Positions 19,762-29,875 of a stretch of DNA of 37,928 bases are shown here, piece after piece (position 1 is the first letter of the stretch; each line of letters opens with the position of its first letter). The position numbers and the translations under genes are program-made. This DNA comes from Proteobacteria bacterium UBA1148 (GTDB lineage: Bacteria > Pseudomonadota > Gammaproteobacteria > Steroidobacterales > Rariloculaceae), in the NCBI GenBank assembly GCA_002311835.1, contig DBZY01000094.1, positions 44,669-82,596 of the forward strand, read 5' to 3'. The notes beneath the pieces are model-generated. The model was given only the letters and a program-made list of their open reading frames with translations. It did no database searches and had not been told where the DNA came from.

Positions 19762-20946
19762 TTATTCGTCTTTCGCACGCACTTCTAGAATAGCGGTCGC
19801 CGGAAGCTTTTTCCCTTCCAAGAACTCTAGAAACGCACCTCCACCCGTCGATATGTAGGAAATCTGGTCAGTCACACCGAACTGATCAATAGCGGCCAGA
19901 GTGTCTCCGCCACCCGCAATTGAAAACGCATCGCTATCAGCTACAGCCTGCGAGATTCGTTCTGTACCATAGGCGAATTCCGGGTGCTCAAAAACCCCTA
20001 TAGGTCCATTCCACAGAATAGTTCGCGCACGCTGTAACCGCAGATAATAATCCTCTGCGGTTTTTGGCCCGATATCCAAGATCATATCGCTATCAGAAAC
20101 TTCAGCGACACTCTTCACGGTTCCGCAAGCCGTGTCATCAAAAGTTTCAGCCACGACAACGTCTGTCGGTAGTGGAATTGACACACTACCAAACTGGCCT
20201 TCCAACAATCGCCTAGCAAACACTAGCATGTCCGGCTCATGAAGTGATCGCCCAACACCCATTCCCGCCGCTGCTAACAATGTATTTGCGATTCCGCCGC
20301 CAAGAATAAGTTCATCGACAGTAGTCGCTAAGGACTTCAGAACCTCTATCTTTGTGGAAACCTTCGAGCCACCTACAATAGCCAACATTGGCCGCTCGGG
20401 GCTTTCTAGTGCGCTGGCCAACGCTTCTAGCTCAGTGATGAGAAGCGGTCCGGCACAAGCAATCGGAGCAAACTGCGCCACCCCATGGGTACTTGCATGT
20501 GCGCGGTGCGCTGTACCAAATGCATCCATTACAAAGACGTCGCAGAGACTAGCCATGTGACGTGCAAGGGCTTGATCATTAGCCTTTTCGCCGCGCGCAA
20601 AACGCACATTCTCACAAAGTACAGAGTTTCCAGCTTCAACATCAACTTTTTCCAACCAAGAACGGATAAGTGGAACAGACCTGCCTAGAAGTTCTTCGAG
20701 ACGCTGAGCAACCGGTTGAAGTGAAAACTTCTTCGTGAAGCTGCCTTCCTCAGGCCTACCTAGATGGGACATCAATACAACTCGAGCGCCCTGATCAATA
20801 GCTAGCTCAATAGTAGGTAGAGCGGCCCTAATCCGCTTGTCACTGGTAATGACTCCGTTTGTGATAGGTGTATTCAGGTCCTCGCGAATCAGGACCCGCT
20901 TCCCCTCTAGGGGGATATCCGTCATGCGCTTGACTGCAAGCGCCAT
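19762..20946 (-). CDS. pgk: Phosphoglycerate kinase
   Basis: [34 protein letters not shown] and STGGGAFLE motifs. Confidence 0.98.
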   Translation of the reverse strand: MALAVKRMTDIPLEGKRVLIREDLNTPITNGVITSDKRIRAALPTIELAIDQGARVVLMSHLGRPEEGSFTKKFSLQPVAQRLEELLGRSVPLIRSWLEKVDVEAGNSVLCENVRFARGEKANDQALARHMASLCDVFVMDAFGTAHRAHASTHGVAQFAPIACAGPLLITELEALASALESPERPMLAIVGGSKVSTKIEVLKSLATTVDELILGGGIANTLLAAAGMGVGRSLHEPDMLVFARRLLEGQFGSVSIPLPTDVVVAETFDDTACGTVKSVAEVSDSDMILDIGPKTAEDYYLRLQRARTILWNGPIGVFEHPEFAYGTERISQAVADSDAFSIAGGGDTLAAIDQFGVTDQISYISTGGGAFLEFLEGKKLPATAILEVRAKDE

Positions 20947-20960
20947 ACGTTACGCCTCCG

Positions 20961-21971
20961 CTAGGTTGCGTTGGCCAAAGCCAACGTTGTGTCGAGCATA
21001 CGGTTTGAGAACCCCCACTCATTGTCGTACCACGCGCAGACTTTCGCGAGATTTCCGGAAACTTTCGTAAGCGCAGTATCAACAGTGGAGGAAGCCGGAT
21101 CGTGATTGAAATCTATAGATACCAACGGTTCATCAGAATAAGCGAGTATACCCTTCAGTTCATTTTTGCTCGCCACACGTACAGCCTCATTCAACTCCTC
21201 CGCAGTAGTCTCTCTTTTAGAAATAAAAGTGAGATCAACTACAGAGACATTGATAGTTGGCACCCTAATAGAAAATCCATCGAGGCGGCCATCGAGTTCA
21301 GGGAGAACGAGCCCGACCGCTATGGCCGCCCCTGTCTTGGCGGGGATCATTGATTGCGTGGCCGAACGGGCGCGCCTCAAGTCCCCATGATAAACATCTG
21401 TCAATACCTGATCATTCGTGTAGGAATGGATTGTAGTCATTAGGCCTTGCTCGATTCCCACAGTTTCATGTAACACTTTTGCCATTGGCGCTAAACAGTT
21501 CGTGGTACAAGAAGCATTCGAGATGATTTGATCTGAAGACTTTAAAATGTGGTGATTGACGCCATAAACGATAGTTGCATCCACATCCCGCCCCGCAGGC
21601 GCTGAAATGATCACCTTGTTCGCGCCCGCTCTCAGATGGGCGGAAGCCTTCTCCTTGGATGCAAAAAATCCGGTACTTTCCAACACAATATCCACGCCCA
21701 GCTCCTTCCAAGGAAGTTTTTCCGGATCTCGCTCCGCACACACTCGAATTGCATCCCCATCTACTGTGAGTTCTCCGTCACCAACCTCGACCCCGTAAGG
21801 GAAGGGACCATGAGCTGAGTCATATCGTGTCAAGTGAGCATTGGTATTTGCATCGCCCAAATCATTAATGGCAATAATTTGAATTTCATTACGTTTATCT
21901 CCCTCGTACAGGGCACGCAATACATTTCTACCAATGCGGCCATATCCATTGATCGCAATCTTTACAGGCAT
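20961..21971 (-). CDS. gap: Type I glyceraldehyde-3-phosphate dehydrogenase
   Basis: [32 protein letters not shown] and WYDNEWG motifs. Confidence 0.96.
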   Translation of the reverse strand: MPVKIAINGYGRIGRNVLRALYEGDKRNEIQIIAINDLGDANTNAHLTRYDSAHGPFPYGVEVGDGELTVDGDAIRVCAERDPEKLPWKELGVDIVLESTGFFASKEKASAHLRAGANKVIISAPAGRDVDATIVYGVNHHILKSSDQIISNASCTTNCLAPMAKVLHETVGIEQGLMTTIHSYTNDQVLTDVYHGDLRRARSATQSMIPAKTGAAIAVGLVLPELDGRLDGFSIRVPTINVSVVDLTFISKRETTAEELNEAVRVASKNELKGILAYSDEPLVSIDFNHDPASSTVDTALTKVSGNLAKVCAWYDNEWGFSNRMLDTTLALANAT

Positions 21972-22016
21972 GTCTCTCTCCTAACTCGTAAGACGACGGC
22001 GATCAGTACGGCACTC

Positions 22017-24029
22017 TCAGCCTGAAAGTACGCGATGAGCAGCGTCAACGACAGCTTCAACTGTGAAACCGTAATGTTCAAACAGATCTTGGGCGGGAGC
22101 CGACTGCCCAAACTGATCCATACCGAGCACATCTCCTTTCCCCTCGATGTATCGCCACCAGCTATCCTTTGCTCCGGCCTCAATGGCAAGACGTCTGGCA
22201 TTTGAATTCGGCAGAACGTGGGCTTTGTAGCTCTGTGGCTGGACATCAAACACGTTTGTACAGGGCATCGATACAACACGCACTCGATGTCCGACTTCCA
22301 CAATTTTACGAGCTGCCAGCATAGCCAGCATGACCTCTGAGCCTGTTGCTATAAGGACTAGTTCCGGATCACCATCGCTATCCAGCAAGATGTACCCACC
22401 ACGGGATATCGCATCGATCTGATCTGTGGTCCTATTCATGTGGGGAAGCCCCTGTCGGGTCAAAATTAAGCTTGTCGGCCCGTCGGAACATTCGATCGCA
22501 GCGCGCCAGGCCACTGCGGTCTCCACAGCATCACAAGGACGCCACACTGACATATTGGGCATAGCGCGTAGACTCACCAAATGCTCAACCGGTTGGTGAG
22601 TGGGCCCATCTTCACCAAGCCCGATGGAATCATGCGTAAAAACAAAAATATTTCGCGTACGCATCAACGCCGCCATTCGCAGCGCATTACGCGCATAGTC
22701 CGAAAAAACAAGAAAAGTACCTCCATACGGAATAAACCCACCGTGCAGAGATAGTCCATTCAAAATTGCGGCCATCCCAAACTCGCGTACACCGAAGTAC
22801 AAATAGTCCCCTCCTGCGTTACCGGCACTGATCACTGTTGAACGGCGGTGAAGAGTGTTATTCGACCCGGTTAGATCCGCCGATCCACCTATGAGTTCTG
22901 GTAAAAAAGGCGCATACCCCTCCAGTGCTCGCAACGAGGCTTTCCGGGTAGCGAGATCCTTCGCTTCTACGACAATTTTCGCAATAACGTTCGCAGCTTG
23001 ATCATCCCAATCTGCAGGCAGCCTACCCTCCATCCTGCGTTGATACTCGGCGGCAAGATCCGGGTAACTAGCACGATAGGCATCGAAGCGACTCTGCCAA
23101 TCGGCCTCGAACTCGCTCCCTCTCGCCTTGGCATCCCACGCAGCACGTATCGCTTCTGGCACTTCAAATGGAGGGTGATCCCACCCAAGTTCCTTGCGAG
23201 CAGCGGCTACCTCCTCCGCTCCCAGCGCCGCGCCATGAGTCGCAGCCGTCCCCTGTTTGTTGGGAGCGCCCCAACCAATAATAGTTTTGCATAAAATTAA
23301 TGTGGGACGCTTCGTGTCAGCGTGAGCAGCTTTAAGTGCAGATGAAACGCTTTCCGGATCATGCCCATCTATCCGATCCACAACGTGCCAGCCGTAGGCA
23401 CAGAAACGTTTTGCAGTGTCGTCAGTAAACCAACCCACTGTTTCACCGTCAATCGAGATCCCATTGTCATCGTATAACGCGATTAGTTTCCCTAGACCCA
23501 AAGTACCAGCTAGAGAGCAAACCTCATGTGAGATACCCTCCATCATGCAACCATCGCCTAAAAATACGTAGGTATGGTGATCCACTATCTCACCGTCTGG
23601 ACGATTGAACGTGGCAGCAAGTACTTTCTCTGCCAACGCCATCCCAACAGCGTTCGCCATACCCTGTCCAAGCGGTCCTGTCGTAGTCTCAATGCCTATT
23701 TCGAGCGCTCGTTCCGGATGCCCGGCGGTTCTTTGGCCGAACTGGCGAAATTGCTTGAGCTCATCCACTTCAATGGCGTAGCCAGTTAAATACGCTATTG
23801 CATACAAGAGCATGGAACCATGGCCGTTCGATAAGACGAATCGATCGCGATTTGGCCAATGAGGATTGCTGGGATTATGCCGTAGGTGGTCATTCCAGAG
23901 AACCTCGGCAATATCTGCCATCCCCATGGGCATGCCTGGATGACCTGACTGGGCCTGCTCCACCGCATCCATGGACAATGCGCGAATTGCGTTGGCAAGC
24001 CGCCGCCGGGGCGGGCGAACAACTATCAT
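22017..24029 (-). CDS. tkt: Transketolase
   Basis: [21 protein letters not shown]...EG, GVREFGM and [15 protein letters not shown] motifs; GGAGAG RBS. Confidence 0.98.
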   Translation of the reverse strand: MIVVRPPRRRLANAIRALSMDAVEQAQSGHPGMPMGMADIAEVLWNDHLRHNPSNPHWPNRDRFVLSNGHGSMLLYAIAYLTGYAIEVDELKQFRQFGQRTAGHPERALEIGIETTTGPLGQGMANAVGMALAEKVLAATFNRPDGEIVDHHTYVFLGDGCMMEGISHEVCSLAGTLGLGKLIALYDDNGISIDGETVGWFTDDTAKRFCAYGWHVVDRIDGHDPESVSSALKAAHADTKRPTLILCKTIIGWGAPNKQGTAATHGAALGAEEVAAARKELGWDHPPFEVPEAIRAAWDAKARGSEFEADWQSRFDAYRASYPDLAAEYQRRMEGRLPADWDDQAANVIAKIVVEAKDLATRKASLRALEGYAPFLPELIGGSADLTGSNNTLHRRSTVISAGNAGGDYLYFGVREFGMAAILNGLSLHGGFIPYGGTFLVFSDYARNALRMAALMRTRNIFVFTHDSIGLGEDGPTHQPVEHLVSLRAMPNMSVWRPCDAVETAVAWRAAIECSDGPTSLILTRQGLPHMNRTTDQIDAISRGGYILLDSDGDPELVLIATGSEVMLAMLAARKIVEVGHRVRVVSMPCTNVFDVQPQSYKAHVLPNSNARRLAIEAGAKDSWWRYIEGKGDVLGMDQFGQSAPAQDLFEHYGFTVEAVVDAAHRVLSG

Positions 24030-24226
24030 GTGTTCTCTCCGGTTAGTACTATCAAATAATTTTTTGGGGGAACTGTACTGGAATATGAGGATTGTCGCTC
24101 AGCAAGGACGGTCTCCGCAACTAGTAGGCGCAGAGATCTTTTGTTGCTCCCTACTATGGGAGAATTCAGTATCATGATTGCATTCTAAGCTCTCCTTGGT
24201 GCATCAAGTCCCATTCTTGCTCAACC

Positions 24227-25015
24227 ATGGCCCAAAGTAATGACAGAGGTACGGTTGTACTGCTCCAAATCACTGACTTACACCTGCATGCTGCACCAGA
24301 CAGCCAAATGCGTGGAGTAACGACCCAGGACACCTTTCTTTCCGTACTGGATTACAGTCGGAAAGTCCCCCGTTGGCCACCTGATGCGATTCTCGTTACG
24401 GGAGACATCGTTCAGGATGGAAGCCAGGCAGGTTACAAGCGCTTTCGGGAAACTCTCCAGGCCCTCAACCTCCCAGTACTATGTGTACCGGGCAATCATG
24501 ATGACCCAGTACTGATGGCTGGATTATTAATGAGTCCACCGTTTCAGCTGTGTGGGGAAGCAAAGTTTGGAAAATGGCGCATCTTGCTTCTCAACACCTT
24601 TCAGAAAGAAAATCATGCGGGTGCGCTCGGCTTTAGTGGGCTTACCGCGTTAGTAAGTTCACTGAAGGAATTTTCTGATGAGCATGTATTGATTTGCATG
24701 CATCACCAGCCGATCCCTATGGGGAGCGCCTGGCTGGATCGCATCGGCTTACAGGACGCGGAACCATTCCTCGATATCATCAACCGACACAATCAAGTAA
24801 GGGGTGTAGTCTGGGGGCATGTGCATCAGGCCTCAGATCGAGACCGAAATGGTGTACGTTTCCTGAGCACTCCTTCTACGTGCTCACAATTCCTGCCTGA
24901 TAGTGAATTTTTCACGCTAGATAGTCGCCCACCAGGCTTGAGATGGTTAGCGCTGGAGCCAAATGGACAGATAACGACCGAGGTCAACTGGGTCAGCTCT
25001 TCAAATCAGATATGA
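24227..25015 (+). CDS. cpdA: 3',5'-cyclic AMP phosphodiesterase CpdA (Icc)
   Basis: Metallophosphoesterase motifs TDLH, TGD, GNHD, HH and GHVHQ, plus CpdA-typical TPSTCxQF and PGxRWL. Confidence 0.9.
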   Translation: MAQSNDRGTVVLLQITDLHLHAAPDSQMRGVTTQDTFLSVLDYSRKVPRWPPDAILVTGDIVQDGSQAGYKRFRETLQALNLPVLCVPGNHDDPVLMAGLLMSPPFQLCGEAKFGKWRILLLNTFQKENHAGALGFSGLTALVSSLKEFSDEHVLICMHHQPIPMGSAWLDRIGLQDAEPFLDIINRHNQVRGVVWGHVHQASDRDRNGVRFLSTPSTCSQFLPDSEFFTLDSRPPGLRWLALEPNGQITTEVNWVSSSNQI

Positions 25016-25123
25016 AAATACGGATTAGACGTCGGGCATTCACCAGCCTCCTCGTAGATAAAACTGCAATTTAGGCGCATATATTTCCCTTGCCTTGGTT
25101 GTCCACGCAAGTTGGTCCCGCGT

Positions 25124-25450
25124 TTAATTCCGAAGATTAAGAGGCTCATAAGACTTTCCGTTAAACAGGTCAAAATAGTTTTCGATAAGCGGATGTTTTA
25201 TGGGTCTGTTATCAATATCTGATGCCAGGTTACGCTCCGCGGCGTAAGTTGTCTGCTCAAGGTTATCCACCAAAACGTAATACCAGGGGTGCTCTTTTGG
25301 AGGTCGACTGAGCGCGACGCGATTGTACCATTCATCGCTGAGCATAAACCGCGGATCTACATCGTAGATAACCCCTCTATAACCAAAGCGGCGATGGGCA
25401 ACAATCTGCCCGATGTAGAAGCTACCTATAACCTCGGTCGCCCTACTCAA
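25124..25450 (-). CDS. hspQ: Heat shock protein HspQ (YccV-like domain)
   Basis: F.IGQIV.H..FGYRGVI.DVDP, PWY.VLVD and TY.AE.NL motifs, C-terminal LRN. TTG start overlaps the upstream TGA. Confidence 0.88.
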   Translation of the reverse strand: MSRATEVIGSFYIGQIVAHRRFGYRGVIYDVDPRFMLSDEWYNRVALSRPPKEHPWYYVLVDNLEQTTYAAERNLASDIDNRPIKHPLIENYFDLFNGKSYEPLNLRN

Positions 25451-26028
25451 GCAGTTTTTTCCTCTACATATGGGATCAATAGACCAAATCGAGCTATCGG
25501 ATCATTCATTTCTAAAGAGCTTTGCTTCATCTCCAATGGTAGGGGAAGAATTTCAGTTAAACGATACCCAACCCAGGCTGCATCAGCATAATTTTTCAAG
25601 GTGTTCTGATAGTGATTCCCTAGCTCACCTATCACGCTCTTCAGCAACCGAATCAGAAACTGATATTCATCTGGAACAGGGATTTTTGGCTCGTCTTCGA
25701 TAGACTTGATGGTACCGACATAGCAACCGTCCAGTTGTCGGTCCAAAAACTCTAGCTCGAAACGATACCTTCCCTCGGCCTTTATACATAAAAGTCCTTC
25801 ACTGCCTTGGTACCAGTCTACAATTTCAGCCACCGTGCCAATTTTGAAGGTATCTACAGGGCCCACCTCCGTACCACTCCGAATCAAGAGAACGCCAAAC
25901 CCAATATTCTCCCTCAGACATCGGCTCACCATGTCCAAGTAACGCGGCTCGAACACTCTCAACGGCAAAGGGCCTCCAGGGAAAAGTACTGTCTTCAACG
26001 GGAACAACGGTATATGCGCGGTACCCAT
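25447..26028 (-). CDS. Stand-alone Lon substrate-binding (LON N-terminal) domain protein
   Basis: IPLFPL.TVLFPG..LPLRVFEPRYLDMV, FGV.LI, GT.AEI.D and G..RF motifs; no AAA+ or protease domain. Confidence 0.9.
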   Translation of the reverse strand: MGTAHIPLFPLKTVLFPGGPLPLRVFEPRYLDMVSRCLRENIGFGVLLIRSGTEVGPVDTFKIGTVAEIVDWYQGSEGLLCIKAEGRYRFELEFLDRQLDGCYVGTIKSIEDEPKIPVPDEYQFLIRLLKSVIGELGNHYQNTLKNYADAAWVGYRLTEILPLPLEMKQSSLEMNDPIARFGLLIPYVEEKTA

Positions 26029-26044
26029 AACACGAAACGATGTT

Positions 26045-27430
26045 TTAGACTCGTACTGATTCCGAGTCTTGACTCTTCAAGGATTGTTGAAGCAGTCTAG
26101 GTAGGCCTTGAAAGCCTCCGTTCGACATCATAACTACGTGATCCCCACTTTTCAGCTCCTCCAAGAGAACTCCGAGCATTTCGTTAACACTCCAAGTAAC
26201 TGAAAATTTTTCACCAAGTGATGCCAATGTTGACTCCGGGTTCCATGCCAAATCATCGGATCCCAACATATATATCAGATCTGCTTCACTGAGGGTTTTT
26301 TTCAAAGAATCTCGATGCAGACCCATTCGCATGGTGTTTGATCTAAGCTCTAGAACAATGACAATGCGGCAGTTGCTCTCCCGACATCTGAGCGCGCGAA
26401 TCGTCGCACGAATAGCCGTAGGGTGGTGAGCAAAATCATCGTAAAGGGTTATTCCCTTGAAGATGCCTCTCTTTTCTAGACGTCTTTTCACCCCTTTGAA
26501 CTTGGAAAGAGCCTCGAGCGCCACATCTACAGTGACACCTACATGAATAGCAGAACTCAAAGCTGCCAGCGCATTCTCCAGATTATGTAACCCGAGCAGG
26601 TTCCAATCAGCCTGTCCAACATTCTCCCCGTCTTTAAAAACACTAAACCGCGATTTCGCGCCGATGTGATCGTATCTCGCCGACCAATTGACTCCTTCTT
26701 CAGAACTGAAAGTCTCTACCGGTGTCCAAATACCTTTATTCAGCAAATTCGAAATGTTTTCATCCCGTCCGTTTACACTAATTAAACCGTTATTAGGAAC
26801 GGTTCTGAACAGTTGATGAAATTGCCAAAGTATGGCGTCTAGGTCAGCATATATATCAGCATGGTCATATTCGATATTCGTGACCGCAAGCGTGCGCGGT
26901 CGATAGTGAACAAATTTCGCACGCTTATCAAAGAACGCTGTGTCATACTCGTCCGCCTCAATGACAAAATATTCAGACTCTCCGAGCCGAGCTGATACGC
27001 CAAAATTGTGTGGCATCCCTCCTATAAGAAACCCCGGGGAGAGTCCGGCGTAATCGAGTATCCACGCCAACATACTGCTTGCTGTCGTCTTACCGTGAGT
27101 TCCTGCAACCGCGAGCACCCACTTGTCCTGCAAGAAATTGTTAAAAAGCCACTCTGGGCCAGAGTAATAGGGAAGTCCTGAATCAAGCAAAGCTTCTACC
27201 GCCGCGTTGCCTCTTGACAAAACGTTTCCAACAACCACGCAGTCCACACCATCTCTGGACGGAATCACGTCATACCCCTCGTGCAACTGGATACCTAACT
27301 TCCTCAGCTGGGTACTCATAGGGGGATAAACATCTTCATCCGAACCGGAGACTCGATGCCCTGCAGCTTTAGCTATCGCAGCAACGCCTCCCATGAAAGT
27401 TCCGCAGACCCCGAGTATGTGGACATGCAT
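26045..27430 (-). CDS. mpl: Murein peptide ligase Mpl
   Basis: MHVHILGVCGTFMGG, YPPMSTQL, AGTHGKTT, EADEYDTAFFDKR, DDFAHHPTAI and MSNGGF motifs. ATG at 27430 overlaps the upstream TGA. Confidence 0.97.
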   Translation of the reverse strand: MHVHILGVCGTFMGGVAAIAKAAGHRVSGSDEDVYPPMSTQLRKLGIQLHEGYDVIPSRDGVDCVVVGNVLSRGNAAVEALLDSGLPYYSGPEWLFNNFLQDKWVLAVAGTHGKTTASSMLAWILDYAGLSPGFLIGGMPHNFGVSARLGESEYFVIEADEYDTAFFDKRAKFVHYRPRTLAVTNIEYDHADIYADLDAILWQFHQLFRTVPNNGLISVNGRDENISNLLNKGIWTPVETFSSEEGVNWSARYDHIGAKSRFSVFKDGENVGQADWNLLGLHNLENALAALSSAIHVGVTVDVALEALSKFKGVKRRLEKRGIFKGITLYDDFAHHPTAIRATIRALRCRESNCRIVIVLELRSNTMRMGLHRDSLKKTLSEADLIYMLGSDDLAWNPESTLASLGEKFSVTWSVNEMLGVLLEELKSGDHVVMMSNGGFQGLPRLLQQSLKSQDSESVRV

Positions 27431-27945
27431 CAGCCGATCACCGGGAAAAAATACTCGCGCAACGTAAATGAAATTGCGACATACCCCATCACGATCAGAA
27501 CCCCCACAAAATATGCGTTCTGAAGCGCCCTCGACAGAACAAATCCGGCAACATCTATTGACCAAAGAAGCAGCAAAAAATATACAAACGCGCCCGCAGT
27601 AGGCTCTCCACCAGATGTCCTTGTTGCGTCAACCCAAGCCAGTATAGGCATCCTGATAATGCCTAGTAACGTCTCGGTTCCCAGCAGAGCGGTTGCTGTT
27701 TGGAGAAATCGATTGGAACGATTAAAGACTATAAGTACTAGCCAGATAAACCAGAGATAAAAGAAAGACTCAAGTATGATCAACCCTATAAGACTCTCTG
27801 CAGGGGCGCCAACAAGCAACGAAATAAAGCCTACCGCGAGGTAGGTAACAAAAGTTAGGCTAAGCAAAAAACGCGACGCAGGGAGTTCGCTTGGATCACG
27901 ACGGTGCAAAGCGATTTCAGAAAATACCTGTATTAGACGCCACAA
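27430..27945 (-). CDS. Hypothetical inner-membrane protein (about 5 TM helices)
   Basis: 171 aa hydrophobic ORF with P..LPAS and RFLQT.TAL.G segments; its stop overlaps the mpl start (TGATG); TTG start. Confidence 0.75.
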   Translation of the reverse strand: MWRLIQVFSEIALHRRDPSELPASRFLLSLTFVTYLAVGFISLLVGAPAESLIGLIILESFFYLWFIWLVLIVFNRSNRFLQTATALLGTETLLGIIRMPILAWVDATRTSGGEPTAGAFVYFLLLLWSIDVAGFVLSRALQNAYFVGVLIVMGYVAISFTLREYFFPVIG

Positions 27946-28002
27946 ATCTGTACACCCCTACCTTTGGTTAAAATAACCAGAAACCAAGTGTAAAAGAAAC
28001 TC

Positions 28003-29085
28003 ATGAGAGACACAGATCTTTTAATTGACAACACAAAATCACTGGCTAATTTAATTTCTAGTAGCCTTGCAGAGACAATTATCTCACTAGACACAGAGTT
28101 TTTGCGGGAGCGCACGTACTTTCCTCAGCTCTGTCTAATACAAGTAGCCACACCACAGCTAACAGCCTATGTCGACTGTCTAGCAGATCTGGATCTACAA
28201 CCACTCTTGGAGTACCTGCTTGAGCCTCAGAGAATTTGGCTTTTACACAGTGCACGACAAGATCTGGAAGTAATCCATCAGCACTCGGATGAATTACCAA
28301 ACCAGCTCATTGATTCTCAGATAGCGGCTGGGTTACTCGGCTACGCACCGCAGATTGGCCTACAAAATCTCCTTGAAGAGGTTCTGAATGTCAAACTTGA
28401 CAAAACCCTCGCTAGAACAAATTGGGCTGACCGACCATTACCCGGGCCCGCAATTCAATATGCTTTAGATGACGTACGTTATCTTTCTATTTTGTGGGAA
28501 ACCTTGAGATCAGAGTTAGAGCATCGCAATCGCCTAGGCTGGCTAGAAGAGGATTGTCATCTGGCTTTGAATGCTCCCTTGGTTACTCCAGCAGTTACAC
28601 TATGGGCGCGCTTGAAAGGATTGGGTTCTATGGAAGACAGCGCTAAATATGCCGCTCTTTCTTTGGTAGAGTGGCGCGAAAAATGTGCGCAGAAGTTAAA
28701 TCGCCCCCGACGGTGGATACTAAGCGACGCATTACTTTTGCGTATCGCCAGAACATTACCAACAACTCAAAAAAAACTAGCGTCAATTGCTGAGATGCCA
28801 CAGCATCTTACGGAACGTTTTGGTGCCGAAATTCTCGCAGCCACTACTAATCATGATCAGTCTGAGAGAACAAGCTTCATAGAAAAACAATTAGATAAGC
28901 CTCGCCCTGATAAAAATAAGCTGAAACAACTTCAGGATGACTTTAAACGGAGAGCACAAGAACTCGGAATTCATCCAGAGATCCTAGCGACACGCAAGGA
29001 ACTGAGTGAGTTGATTGTCGGAACAGCCTCCGGGCGAGTGGCGAAGGGCGGATGGCGGTGGGATGTGTTAAGTGACCTAATCTGA
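28003..29085 (+). CDS. rnd: Ribonuclease D
   Basis: DEDDy exonuclease motifs DTEF.RERTY, HSARQD and YALDDV, followed by an HRDC domain (WRE..A...N.PR..IL.D). Confidence 0.93.
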   Translation: MRDTDLLIDNTKSLANLISSSLAETIISLDTEFLRERTYFPQLCLIQVATPQLTAYVDCLADLDLQPLLEYLLEPQRIWLLHSARQDLEVIHQHSDELPNQLIDSQIAAGLLGYAPQIGLQNLLEEVLNVKLDKTLARTNWADRPLPGPAIQYALDDVRYLSILWETLRSELEHRNRLGWLEEDCHLALNAPLVTPAVTLWARLKGLGSMEDSAKYAALSLVEWREKCAQKLNRPRRWILSDALLLRIARTLPTTQKKLASIAEMPQHLTERFGAEILAATTNHDQSERTSFIEKQLDKPRPDKNKLKQLQDDFKRRAQELGIHPEILATRKELSELIVGTASGRVAKGGWRWDVLSDLI

Positions 29086-29742
29086 TTCGGTGACTCGTGA
29101 ACCTACAAGCACTTTTCTAAGGCGAGTGTAAACCTCGTCAGCACTGGTCTCAGCATCGACAACCTGCAGCAATCCACATTCTCGATAATAGGCGATAAGT
29201 GGCTCTGTCTCTCGTTCGTACACTCCCAAGCGAGTCCTTATTGTGTCCTCATTATCGTCGTCACGTCGAATTAATTTACCACCGGCTTCAATACACTCAT
29301 CTAGATCCTGTTGGGAAGAAAAATGAACATTTAACAACTTTCCAGTTTTTGAGCACGTACGACGCCCCGTCAATCGCTTCATCAGAGCTTCGCGGCTGAC
29401 ATCCATAAATACGGTCGCGTCAAGCACCTGACCGAGATCTGACAATACTACATCCAAACCTTCCGCTTGAATTTGGTTCCTAGGGAAACCGTCCAGCACA
29501 TAGCCAGATCCAGCTGCGGGCGCACTAAGTCTCTCTTTAATCATCTCCAACACGATACTATTAGAGACAAGCTCGCCCGCGTCCATAGCTATTTTGGCCT
29601 GGAGCCCTAACTCCGAGCCAGAAACAACCGCCTCGCGCAACAGATCACCCATGGAAACCTGGGGTAGCCCTAAATCCTTCTGCAGGCGCTGAGCTTGGGT
29701 CCCCTTTCCTGACCCTGGCGCCCCGAGCAAAATGATTCGCAT
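29077..29742 (-). CDS. adk: Adenylate kinase (long LID type)
   Basis: GAPGSGKGTQA, GELV, LDGFPR and RRDDD motifs; its 3' end overlaps rnd by 9 nt. Confidence 0.96.
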   Translation of the reverse strand: MRIILLGAPGSGKGTQAQRLQKDLGLPQVSMGDLLREAVVSGSELGLQAKIAMDAGELVSNSIVLEMIKERLSAPAAGSGYVLDGFPRNQIQAEGLDVVLSDLGQVLDATVFMDVSREALMKRLTGRRTCSKTGKLLNVHFSSQQDLDECIEAGGKLIRRDDDNEDTIRTRLGVYERETEPLIAYYRECGLLQVVDAETSADEVYTRLRKVLVGSRVTESD

Positions 29743-29827
29743 AATGGTACTCCGGAAGATTTGCTCATAACGTATGGCATTTAAAACTAACTTGGCAAAC
29801 GCGCATGGTCAAACCGAGCCATCTGTT

Positions 29828-29871
29828 TGGTATCCTGCTGTACTAATTGAGTGAAATTGACTGCAAGGAGG
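29828..29871 (+). promoter_or_regulatory. Putative extended -10 promoter and strong RBS of the pfp-hppA unit
   Basis: TG-G-TATCCT at 29828-29836; AAGGAGG at 29865-29871 before GTG 29876. Confidence 0.5.
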
Positions 29872-29875
29872 TATC

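Noticed and set aside
24030-24226. Possible yqiB/DUF1249 relic and a TAGTAGG/CCTACTA inverted repeat upstream of cpdA
   Set aside because: Only vague peptide resemblance (ELYWN, *LH..L.L.H) and a 7-bp arm; not supportable without tblastn or an HMM search.
29743-29830. TGGCA motifs as sigma-54 promoters in the adk/pfp spacer
   Set aside because: Neither TGGCA has TTGC/GC at the required -12 spacing.
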